Of a DNA stretch of 29,829 bases, positions 10,571-20,649 are shown piece after piece (position 1 is the first letter of the stretch; every line of letters begins with the position of its first letter). Position numbers and translations under genes: made by a program. The notes under the pieces were generated by a model that worked only from the letters and a program-made list of their open reading frames with translations, was not told the origin of the DNA and did no database searches. This DNA is from Paraphysomonas bandaiensis (taxonomy: Eukaryota; Protista; Chrysophyceae): NCBI GenBank assembly GCA_965644295.1, contig CBFFRP010000161.1:1-29829 (forward strand). Reading direction: 5' to 3'.

Positions 10571-11338
10571 ACCATATAACTATAAATGTCCTGAGATATC
10601 ACAATATTGGGAGGGGATACTGCTCTCAACCATAATATATACTGGACGGAAGAGATCAGCACTCAATAATTCATCAGATAGATAAATATAAAGACATAAG
10701 TCCTGATTGAAGTGCTCTACTGTAAGCCGATATACATGATACGCCAAACAGAGCAACAACAAATCATGGTGTATATAACCATTATATCTGATACATCACC
10801 AGAGAGAAAGAAGCAGACGAAGATAATGATCCATATAATATATATATGCTGCTGACGAACAGAGCAACATCCTCTGGGAACACATATTGGAGTACAAGCT
10901 GGTGCACAGTGAAACCCTTGTGGATAAGATAAAGCAATCATCATCGTCGAACTCTCAAGAAATAACTCTCATTGAATAAAAGAGAAGAAAATCCATGCTC
11001 TCAAACACAACTGCTGTGCGAGACTAACATATGACTCACAACAAGCGATCTCTTACTGCAGGGTTGACTCCCTGAGAAGACAATAGTAGTCATCGAAAGA
11101 ATATTCACAGCCATCAACGTGAAGTCTAACCACTCCTGGTGTATCACCGGACAAAGCGTCTCAAGGTGTCAAAATCAGCACACATGGTGGAGACAAGTCA
11201 TCAAAATCAGACTGGCTGGAATGGACATGTGCATTAGTGTATACACTGTCATCTCCTTAAAGTCATATACTACACACTGCAGGAACACAAACAAGGAACA
11301 GACAGACTGTCGATTTGTTTTCAGTGCCCAAAAAAATG

Positions 11339-11504
11339 CATATTCTCCGGAAATATTCTCTTAAAAAAAACGATTTTCCGAGTTTTAACAAAAAGGTACA
11401 TATTTTCCGGAAATTGATTCCAAAACCCACGGATTATCGAGTTTGAACAAAAAGGTACATATTTTCCGGAAATTGATTCCAAAACCCCCGGATTTTCGAG
11501 TTTT
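11339..11504. repeat. ~59-bp tandem repeat in the 5' leader of outer copia
   Basis: CGAGTTT.AACAAAAAGGTACATATTTTCCGGAAATTGATTCCAAAACCC at 11379 and 11438, plus a degenerate partial copy. Confidence 0.9.
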
Positions 11505-11644
11505 CGAGAAACAGCAGAGTTCAAAGGAAGCACATCGTGCATTTCGTCTGTGTACAGATGACAGGCTTGTTTCATATGTTGATGCCGTCATTCCACCAGT
11601 GATGTGGAGGCGAACAAACAAACAAATAAGGTTGGTTATCGTAA

Positions 11645-11657
11645 CCATCTGCTACCA
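11645..11657 (-). promoter_or_regulatory. Primer-binding site (initiator Met tRNA-like), outer copia
   Basis: TGGTAGCAGATGG immediately after the 5' LTR. Confidence 0.85.
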
Positions 11658-11841
11658 AGTTAAAGTATGAAGTACTTTAGAGGAGAAAGGTATATTATAT
11701 GTTAAGGACAACTGATGTAAACATGTCAATGTGTGATGACAATGAATGGATATGCATGTATGTGACATACTATCCATTCATTCATAATACGTAGTGCGTA
11801 TGTGATAGGAAAACTACGGAAGCGAAGTTTACACTTCAACT
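11658..11841 (-). repeat. 5' LTR of outer copia
   Basis: Direct repeat of 5384-5567. Confidence 0.95.
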
Positions 11842-11849
11842 TTTACATC

Positions 11850-11892
11850 TAAGGGATAATTTCGCGAACAATTATCGCGTTTTTATCCCTTA
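11850..11892 (-). terminator. Hairpin downstream of the AT-rich gene cassette
   Basis: TAAGGGATAA...TTATCCCTTA arms with an inner CGCGA/TCGCG pair, ~45 bp after the stop of 11937..12221; function inferred. Confidence 0.45.
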
Positions 11893-11936
11893 ATTTACCT
11901 TATCAGTTTATCAATTGCATTTTTTTTTATAATATT

Positions 11937-12221
11937 TTATTTCCATCCTACAGAATCACTGCGATATTCACCGTGTAGAAAATCATATTTTCTTAATAAT
12001 TCAGTCCTTTTATCTTCGTCTTTATTTTCATATATGATTAATTGCCGTTCATTTAATAGCTCTACTTGTAACTCTTTCTTTTGTTTCTGAAGTTCTGATA
12101 ATGTAATTTTCATGTCTTCTATTTCTCTGTCTAAATTTCTTATCTCTTCCTGAATTTTAGGCATATGCGTTTTTCTAATACTGTATACTTCACCTTTCAA
12201 CTTTAATAAATACTCACTCAT
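11937..12221 (-). CDS. Small coiled-coil hypothetical protein (virus-like cassette)
   Basis: Clean ATG ORF with TTATAATG start context; paralogous to 12320..12649. Confidence 0.75.
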   Translation of the reverse strand: MSEYLLKLKGEVYSIRKTHMPKIQEEIRNLDREIEDMKITLSELQKQKKELQVELLNERQLIIYENKDEDKRTELLRKYDFLHGEYRSDSVGWK

Positions 12222-12275
12222 TATAATATATGACTATATATTTTTTTTAATTATTTTATATTTTTACATATGTAA
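12219..12275 (-). promoter_or_regulatory. Shared AT-rich upstream motif, copy 1
   Basis: TTACATATGTAAAAATATAAAATAATTAAAAAAAATATATAGTCATATATTATAATG; near-copy at 13118-13170. Confidence 0.6.
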
Positions 12276-12319
12276 TAATTGAAATAAATTATAATTTAAT
12301 AGTCAATGTTTCATTGCTG

Positions 12320-12649
12320 TTAACAGTCCTCGTCGCTGTCTGTGTCATCATCAATATAAACATCGGTAACATTTTTTTTGAATAAATCCAAGCACGGTAT
12401 GCGTCTCTTGCCGCGGTATAATTCTAATAGCTGCCTCTTTGTTAACAAAGACATTTTTTTATCACTTATTTTATTGTTAAGTTTTAATAATTCTTCATTT
12501 ATGCTATTCTGTTTATCTATTAAAATGTTCATTTCCTTTTTGCCTTGTTCTATTTCGTTCTGTACGTTTGTTTTGTGATCACGTTTAACACTAAAAATTT
12601 TACCTTCCATTTCCATAAAGAAAAATTTATTACTTTCGGCCTTTGACAT
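12320..12649 (-). CDS. Small coiled-coil hypothetical protein, paralogue of 11937..12221
   Basis: MEGKIFSVKRDH...VQNEI...LLTKRQLL vs LKGEVYSIRKTH...IQEEI...LLNERQLI; TTATAATG start. Confidence 0.75.
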   Translation of the reverse strand: MSKAESNKFFFMEMEGKIFSVKRDHKTNVQNEIEQGKKEMNILIDKQNSINEELLKLNNKISDKKMSLLTKRQLLELYRGKRRIPCLDLFKKNVTDVYIDDDTDSDEDC

Positions 12650-12688
12650 TATAATGTATCATTACAAAAAAATAATTCTATAATGTTT

Positions 12689-13120
12689 TTAAAACGTTAG
12701 TTTATCAATAGCATTCATTGAATATGCCCACTTATCCGTTTTCATTTTCTTTTTATCGCCGTCATTTTCAATAATATAAGCAACTGATTCCCAAAACTTA
12801 TTTTTAAGATAAAATTCATCTAGAACATCATCGCCTTCGTTTTCTCTTAAACCTAAATTAATGACAGCTTTTTCACGCCAATCATAACATTCAGGTAAAT
12901 TGTCTACTGGTCTATAAGTAAGAAGACTGCTATTTATAACACTCTCATTAAACCGTCTGTTTAATATATCATTGACTTCATCAACTGGCCTACTTAACTT
13001 ATGTTTTAGACAGTCAGAAGGATCATGATGAATGTACTTTTTATGTTTGTAATAGTACTCACCGTTATGCTTGGAATCAACATTTTCGCAACAACTGAAA
13101 TATTTTAATTCTTTTGACAT
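12689..13120 (-). CDS. Hypothetical protein, 143 aa (virus-like cassette)
   Basis: Intact ATG ORF in very AT-rich DNA with the same TTATAATG start context; Cys/His-rich N-terminus. Confidence 0.7.
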   Translation of the reverse strand: MSKELKYFSCCENVDSKHNGEYYYKHKKYIHHDPSDCLKHKLSRPVDEVNDILNRRFNESVINSSLLTYRPVDNLPECYDWREKAVINLGLRENEGDDVLDEFYLKNKFWESVAYIIENDGDKKKMKTDKWAYSMNAIDKLTF

Positions 13121-13170
13121 TATAATATAACTATATATTTTTTTATTATTTTATATTCTTATATATGTAA
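13118..13170 (-). promoter_or_regulatory. Shared AT-rich upstream motif, copy 2
   Basis: TTACATATATAAGAATATAAAATAATAAAAAAATATATAGTTATATTATAATG. Confidence 0.6.
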
Positions 13171-13645
13171 AACAGGGAGTAAAATCACGGCATGTCTATA
13201 TATAGGGTAGTTAGGTCTGTTGTTCCGTCTATCTGTTGTAATTGTTCGGTGTTTAAGTCAGGGTTGGTTGATTGTTTGGTTAATAGGGTCGGTTGATCGC
13301 TGGGGTTAATATGTATAGTATTATTTTATTTTGATTGCATTTTTTTTGACACTTTTGTTGAAATATTTATTTTGGTAATTATTTTTTTAGAAAAAAGTTT
13401 TTTTTAAAGAAAAATGTTGTAAAAAATGTAGTGTATACTGTTGCAAAATTTGTGAAAATATGTTTTTTTTTGCATTTTTTATTGTGAAAGGTGACACGAC
13501 ATTTTTTATGTAAAAAAGTGTATAAAAAAATGTAATGTACAATATTGGAAGCACTTGTACGTGATACACAGCGATACCATAGGGGTAAGGGTCAGTATAA
13601 ATTAATAGTTTTCATGGTCACGGTTAACACGGCTAGGGTCGAAGA

Positions 13646-13671
13646 CCCCCCCCCCTCTCTCTGTGTGTGTG
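13646..13671. repeat. C10-(TC)n-(TG)n simple repeat at the boundary with gypsy pol; candidate element terminus
   Basis: CCCCCCCCCCTCTCTCTGTGTGTGTG followed at once by mid-RT coding sequence (NYTIPNVKHELDK). Confidence 0.5.
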
Positions 13672-16527
13672 AAATTATACGATCCCTAATGTTAAGCATG
13701 AGTTGGACAAGATTATCAACTTTCCGCTCTACATGGATATAGACTTAACAAATGCTTTTCATCAAATTCCATTAGATGATGAAACTTCTGAGCGCCTATC
13801 AATTCAGACGCCTTGGGGACAATTTGCTCCTAATTTCATGCCAGAGGGTATTGCTCCGGCCACGGGTGTTTTACAGGAAACTGTGAGAGAAATATTCGAT
13901 GATTTCTCTGAGTGGGCCATAGTCATTTTCGATAACATGCTTATATTGGCTAATGATGCCAAGGATGCTTATGAGAAGTTCGAAAAGATCATTGACAGAT
14001 GTATTGAAAGGAATGTGAAACTTAAAATGCCAAAAAGCTGGTTGGGGTTTAGAAAGGTAGATTTCTTTGGATATGTTTGCCGTCACAAGTCATATGAGGT
14101 TAATCCCGATAAGAAGGAGGCTCTCGGCAAGATTCCAATGCCTACTAACACCAAACAGGCCAGATCGTTGCTGGGTAAAGGGGTATTCTTTTCTAGTTTT
14201 ACGCCTAGATACTCTGATTTAGTTGCTCACTTGACTGACATGACAAAGTCGAGTTTCAATTGGGATAAGTCCACATGGCGGCATGACTACGAGGCAGAGT
14301 ATCGTCGTTTCATTGCTGGACTACAAGACGCTTGTGAGCTGTTTTATCCTGATTATAATCTTGAGTGGACATTGCGTACTGACGCTAGTGAGTTGGGAAT
14401 AGGTTCAGTGTTATTGCAAAAGAAAATATTAGAGGATGGGAGCATACAGTGGCAGCCTATAGCTTTCATTTCCAAAAAGTTTTCTGCCCAAGCTCAGAAG
14501 TGGTCAACTATAGAGCAAGAGGCATATGGCATTTTCTACAGTGTTAAACACTTGGCTTATTACTTAATAGGCAAGCAATTCACAATTGAGACCGACCATA
14601 ACAATTTATTGTGGATGGAATCTTCGGATGTTCCAAAGATTACACGATGGAGGATATTCTTGCAGTCTTTCAACTTCAGCATTCGTCATATATCTGGTGC
14701 CAAGAATTGGTTGGCGGACTGGTTATCTAGAGAGCATCAGGTTGCTATACTCTCTGGAATATTCCCAGAGGAGGAATATGATGACGCCTATTTCATGGGG
14801 GATGACTGCAATGAGTATGAGTACTTTAACTTTCTGGGTAACTTTATGAACCCGGATGATCGAGAGATTGGGGACCCTCCAACATCTCATGTATCACCGG
14901 AGACGGCGTTGCGTGAGGTTCATAACGCGCGAGTTGGACACATGGGGGGAAGGGCTACCTGGATACGCTTAAACAAAGAGTTCCCGGGTCATAATATTCC
15001 TTACAAGGTTGTTGAGGATTATATCTCTAAGTGCCCAAATTGTGTGAAAACGAGGTTGGCTATGAAGGAGGCTCTTATTCCGATCGTACGAAATCTCAAG
15101 CCCCCAAATGCTCGTAGCGCGATTGGTATAGATGCTGTTGAGATTACACCTCACGGTGCAGAGGGATATACACATATCAACGTGGTGGTCAATCTTTTCA
15201 CCAAGTTTGTGTACCTTGAACCTGTCAAAGGTGTGACGGCTCTTAATCTTGCAAATACTATATGGAAATACTGGAGTCATTACGGTCACACCGATCTAAT
15301 AATCTCGGATCAAGGACCGGATTTGACTTCAGATTTGTTCAAACAGTTGACGGAGTACATGGGTGTTCGGCACACTTTTAGTATTGCCAATCGCCATGCA
15401 AATGGATGTGAAAGAATTATTGGAGAAGTAGTTCGACATCTACGGGCTCTGGTCTATGATTACAGTGAACGGGAGGAACGAAAAGACATCTTTGAGGACC
15501 CTAGTTGGTTTTAGCAAGTGTTCAATATCTTCTAAATTCCGAAGTGTCTTCGGAAACAGGATTTTCGCCTTTTGAGTTGACGTTTGGCTCAAAGGATCTG
15601 GACTATTTGAACATGGATCTCAAAGATCTTCCCGATCGGGCGCATGCTAGACTCACTGCGCTTAATGATCAGTTAGCCCAACTCCGAGAGGCTTCCAAAG
15701 CTTATCAGCAAAAGTTAGCCACGGAGAGGGCAGGAACAGGTGTGCATCCCGATAGACAGAATAGGTATCAACCGGGAGATTTTGTCTTATTTGACAAAGG
15801 GGCAAAGGTTCATCCTAAGATGTCTCACCGGTATATGGGACCTTTCTCAGTCAAGTCCCAGTACAAGAATGACGTAGACTGTCAACATCTCGCCACTGGG
15901 CAAGTGGTTCGTGTTTCCGTGAGCGATGTTAAATTGTTTCCGGGAGATTCTGATACTGCTTATAAAATGGCTTTACGCGATCAGGATCAACATGTTATAG
16001 ATGAAATCCTTTATTATCGTGGTGATAGAGAGGTTCGATCTACCATGGTTTTCACTGTGCGTTTTCAAGATGGAGATGTCCGAGAAGTCCCTTACAGCAA
16101 GGATATTTTTGATTCCGTTCCTTATGCTGAATTCTGTTCTCGAAAACGATATCTTTACCATCTTATTTATACTGCTGACTATGCAAAGAAATACATCGCG
16201 GATTTCCGCCGGCAACCGATCACTCAGTTTCAACCTGGTGATCTAGCCTATGTTGATTTGCGAATTTATGGTGATGCTTGGTACGATGAGTTGGAATTAC
16301 CAGATTCTCATCTCATTACTTATGTAGCTCCTATCCAGTTCACACACTGGTATCACAAGAGCTCTAAGCGAGTTTTATCGGTGAAGGATCTTCTCACTCT
16401 CCGTACCTACCGTTATGATAATTACCTAGTGCATTGTTTTGTCCATTCCGAGGTGAATGCTAGCACAATGGTACTCGTGGACGAGGATTTTGCCAACAAA
16501 TATCCTCAGGTCCGTGCGTCTTATTAA
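13672..16527 (+). pseudogene. pol: Gypsy pol (family B): partial RT, RNase H, integrase, chromodomain-like and extra C-terminal domain; 5'-truncated, one frameshift
   Basis: ORFs 13703..15514 and 15505..16527; DLTNAFHQI, IFDN, TDASELGIG, ETDHNNL, HHCC, SDQGPD, ERII, GPF; collinear with 22246..26190. Confidence 0.93.
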
Positions 16528-16695
16528 GTTCCACGCTGGACACATTATTCTTATTGCTCTCTCAATTCCATTCCATATCAAATCATTTTTATAACTTATA
16601 ATTCTCCGGGGATTTTCGTTTGACGGCTACGTAACACCTAGTCCCGTTGGCATTTGTGAATACCGGAGGCATGCTATTCTGTAGACAACCAAAAC

Positions 16696-16709
16696 GGGGG
16701 AGGAGGCAG
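16696..16709 (+). promoter_or_regulatory. Polypurine tract of family B
   Basis: GGGGGAGGAGGCAG before TGTGACC. Confidence 0.8.
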
Positions 16710-17713
16710 TGTGACCACGTGGCATTTCCCATGCCCTATCTACGTGGCTATAGTATCACGCTATTGAGTCACATGCATGGTTACATTGACTTTTAGGACC
16801 CTATGTTGGTTTAGGACCCTATATCAGGACCCTATATATTGCTTTAGGACCTTCAGTGTGTTCAGGATACATATTATGCAACACCAATTGGACATTGGTA
16901 ATGTACCACAGTGTACCTACATATTGAGCCAACGTTCGGGTATGATGTCCAATTTTATCTGCTGATGATGATGTACGACTATGATCTGCTGCTGGTGACT
17001 TCGGTCGATGTGAAACCTGCTGCAAATTTATATCAAAGTTATGTGGGCCCGTATTCCTGTGTAGCAGTTGCAGTATATACTTCCATATACATACTTACAT
17101 GTATTACCCGTACTACCCTATAGGGGGGCAAGTACATGTGACCATCATAAGAGAGAAGTCGCTATTGTACACTTGAGGTGCACGAGTGTTTATGCAAGGC
17201 TTATTGGGGTTCGATTGCAATGTGGTGTGCGTACTATACGTACCATACGTACCGTATTTATGTATTTCCTGGATTGTGGGGTTTTCAGTCTCTGGTAGGG
17301 TATAGATACGTAGTATACGGTGTACTCTCGGCATATGCTGGTGAGTCACTCCCTATCAGGTTGCTGTGTATTTTTCAGTTTTGGTTGAAGAGTTGCGCAA
17401 CCTGTGGTGGTGTGATGACACCACGTGTGTTGCGCCATGTTAGGAGTGTGTGTGTGTGCATATATGCTTCTATGGTGTTTATCACTTGTTTTAAGTTAGA
17501 CCAAAGCTTGGTGCTAGTGAACTTGGGTACCGGCGGTATACCATTGCGCGGTGGCTCTTTGCGGGGGTCACTAACTAAGTTTAGGTCTAGACTTAGAAAA
17601 GTGTTTTAATAATAATACCGTTATTACTGTTCTTTGTTGGTTCAGTGTAGGTGTTATAGTAGTACTATTGTTTACGAGCCAACACCCTGGTTATCAAACC
17701 GGGTGTTGTTATA
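16710..17713 (+). repeat. 3' LTR of family B (~1 kb)
   Basis: Starts TG after the PPT; its 3' part is homologous to minus-strand 27216-27845 (TACTACCCTATAGGGGGGCAAGTACAT; CTGGTTATCAAACCGGGT); ends ...GTTATA where family C protease sequence begins. Confidence 0.75.
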
Positions 17714-18296
17714 ATCTCATAAGATGTTTGTTCAAAAGCATGCCTCATCAATTCACACATAAAGGGATATAAAGTACCAGTAAGTGCCGGCAATCCAAGT
17801 ATGACATCATTATGTTTCATGTCAATAATTAAAAAATCCCCTTTGAACTGATACTGTTTTCCATAAGGGTCAGCCAACAAAAGATTGAGTCTGACTCCTT
17901 GTGTGACTGTTTTTATAGTAGTACTATCCGCCAATACTACTCTATGATTTGCATCGTATAAAAATTCGGGGTTTAGCTCTGGCATTAAACTCTCAACCAG
18001 ACCCCTAGACACATATAGTTAGCTGAAAGCGCTCCCGTGTCGCAAAGTACGGTGATCAACTTTTCCGAATTCTCTCTCATATTATTGTTCATTATTAGCC
18101 TAGCTACAGTATGTGCTGATGTCATTTGTCGCGTACTAGGAAAACAAGCATACAGCTTAGCTTGCCCCTCGGTTTGCACAGAACACAATGCCGCCGTGAA
18201 TGTAGACTCTTCAAATTGTAAACAACAATCGTCATCCCCGTCACACCCATTAACTACAGTGACATCCTGCGCTCCCCGCACGCAATGGTCCTTCCA
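17714..18296 (-). pseudogene. pol: Protease start of pol, gypsy family C; frameshifted and interrupted by LTR B
   Basis: LCDTGALSANY and DVILGLPA in ORFs 17985..18281 and 17665..18012. Confidence 0.85.
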
Positions 18297-19992
18297 TCAA
18301 GGTCGGGAATCGCCGAAGCGATCCCTTCTCAAGATAGAAGTTGGATTGGGTCTACCAGTGGAACCATCCTCAGCTTTCAGGAAAGCATTGAGCTTATCCC
18401 TCATCTCAACAGCCGAGGTTCTCAAGCACTGAGAATTGTGGAAAGAAACCTCTTGCTCATTAACAACTGCTGTAGGATCAGGCTCCAGATCCTGCGATGA
18501 TGTAACGTCCTTGGCTGAGCCACGACGTAAATCAATGTTACCCTCTTCATCATCTGAAGAACTGGGGTATTCGAGATTTATCTGCTCCGGACCTCGATCA
18601 AAATCCGAATCATCAGAAACATATCCATCGATGTGAGTGAGAGCATGTGAATCTCTGTTATTCCGATGATCATAGTCCTTGTATGAAGTAGACCGCAACG
18701 GAGACGGATGTTTCTCATTATTCTTGGAAAACAAATCCCTTTTCCGTTTGTTGTACTCATCAAGTTTGTTTTTAGCTTCAATGTTAGCCTCAAACGGTAA
18801 CTGACGAGCTGCTAAGCAAATCTGATAATGATCTACTAAAATGGCCGTAAATTCATCGAAAAACTCGTTCATCGTGTCAAACTGTAGTTTATTCATGCAC
18901 CCAAAGACATAACGAACATAATCCCTATCGTTCAAGTTTTTGAATAGTCTTACGAGCCCATATTCTTTGTCATCTACTCTGGGACACCAATCCTTATTAA
19001 ACTCCAGCATAAATGGATAACATGGTTCGAAACAAATCAATAAGTTTCAACTGTTGGAAGTAAAACTGTTCGAACGTGACAGTTGTCACTTTCCTCCACT
19101 CCATGATCTTTATGTGTCTAAGAGAATCTCGTAGCTCCTCATAGAATCCCACACAATTAAAAACCCGAGTTTCCTTGGCTATTACACGCAGTAAGTCAGA
19201 CAAATCCATCTCTGAAATCTCCGCATGACCAAGATGATACACTTCTCTTAGATGATCTCTTAATTCTCCAGAGACAACCTTTTGTAGACGCACAGTGGTC
19301 TGTTCCTCTTCTTGAAAATCCAAGATTTGTTTGACAGCTCTAGCCACTTTAGAAAGCTTTAGTTCATTGATACGAACTTTGCAAGTTCTTTCCTCACGCA
19401 TTACAACAGTCTGTTGCACATTTGGAAGGTTGGCATTCTTTTTCAATTCCCTGAACAGCTTCCCAGGTTTCTTGCCTCCTAACAAAGCTTGAGTTCTAGT
19501 ATGGAATTCAGAAGCCACCTGCTGATCACCATCTTCCTCAGCATTACCATTTGACTGAGCAGTAGAAGTATCTTCCTCCTCCAACAATTCTCTTACAGAC
19601 TCATCCCGCCAAGGAGTGCGATAGTGCTCCGCTAAATTATGCAGAGTAGAGTATCTCCTCGTATCACGTTTCTTTACCGGTTTCGGCAACGTGTCAGGAA
19701 AAGTAGGTGTTCCTTTCGTAACTGTTTCATCTGCCCCTGGGATATTTTGATCTTCCCTTAAAATCGTGGGGCTCTGCGCTCTAGAGCCGACAGGTGTACC
19801 TCTACGTGAGGCCCGCTCTTCGAGTCGCGTGACTCTGAACGTTAAGTCATCTATTCTCGTATCGAATTTCCTTTCCAAGGCATCGAAACGTGCTAGAATG
19901 ATTTCGAGCATTGAAGGCTCTAGATCCTCCTTAACACTGCCTTCAGAACCAGAGTGGCTCTTAGGGCTACTCCTACCAACGGGAGTTTGCAT
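18297..19992 (-). pseudogene. gag: Gag of gypsy family C, one frameshift near 19015
   Basis: ORFs 18997..19992 and 18297..19040 join into one protein homologous to Gag 984-2268. Confidence 0.8.
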
Positions 19993-20122
19993 CTTCCACC
20001 TTAGTTGCTGTTACACTCTTTAGTTTATATACCCACACAGTGATTATATATATATTGCCTAATGTGGGGTTCGCTCGTAAATCAGCCGCTCCGCTCACAA
20101 CGGTTCTATATTTATGCACACC

Positions 20123-20584
20123 TGTAACGCAGTACTGGTTATTTTCTGCGTTGGTAGTAGTATGATATGTTACTCTTCTGTTGTACTCTCTAACACGTAC
20201 AGAGTGTTTTTGTATTTTCAGTTTCAGTTACACTTTTCAGTTTCTACTCTTTCAGTGTATACACGGAGTGTTGAAGCTGTAGATACGTACCGGATAAAAT
20301 ACTTCTGATCTGGTGTGTTGTGTGCTGAAGTGAAATGCTGAACATGATGTTGTATGTGTGTGTTACTGTAGAGTTGTATAGCAGTGTTACTCACTTTTCT
20401 ATTACACGTTTTAAATAACGATTTATTTAAATTCTTTCGCGGTTTGCGTCTGAGTTGAGGAACATCACCCGCTGGTGAGTTCAACAGTGTAGCAGCCCGC
20501 TGGCGTGCACTTAAAATCTTTTTAAAACGTTGTAGATCAGTGTTGTTTTTGCTTGAGCATACGTTGTTCTTAAGAACAACTACA
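20123..20584 (+). repeat. 5' LTR, family A
   Basis: TGTAACGC...AACTACA; direct repeat of 26424-26885. Confidence 0.97.
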
Positions 20585-20649
20585 GTAATATTACTAGTTG
20601 ATAAGAACATTCATTCTGTTATTGAGCCCTTTGAACTGTTCTAAGAGTC

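Larger units (their letters stand above)
5384..11841 (-). mobile_element. Non-autonomous Ty1/copia element (outer), ~2.8 kb without the nested insert
   Basis: 184-bp LTRs that look identical, TSD TTTAC (5379-5383 / 11842-11846), PBS, PPT, only a small pol remnant. Confidence 0.92.

Noticed and set aside
11339-11504. CRISPR-like array (also 5629-5677 and 16790-16870)
   Set aside because: Head-to-tail repeats without unique spacers, no cas genes, eukaryotic retroelement context
10580-11648. gag gene in the outer copia that would complement the inner pol
   Set aside because: Only short ORFs with no Gag or protease motifs are visible
15500-15514. Programmed frameshift in family B integrase (likewise ~19015 and ~18012 in family C)
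   Set aside because: Homologous regions are continuous in families A and D; the shifts fall in short runs or dinucleotide repeats and look like decay or assembly indels
16777-17609. env-like or accessory ORFs after family B pol
   Set aside because: They lie inside the LTR, are short, and show no homology to the frames in the related family C LTR
20224-20610. Antisense ORFs in family A LTRs (also 26525..26785 and 689..883)
   Set aside because: They recur only because the LTR is repeated, and the frame is not preserved in the diverged copy
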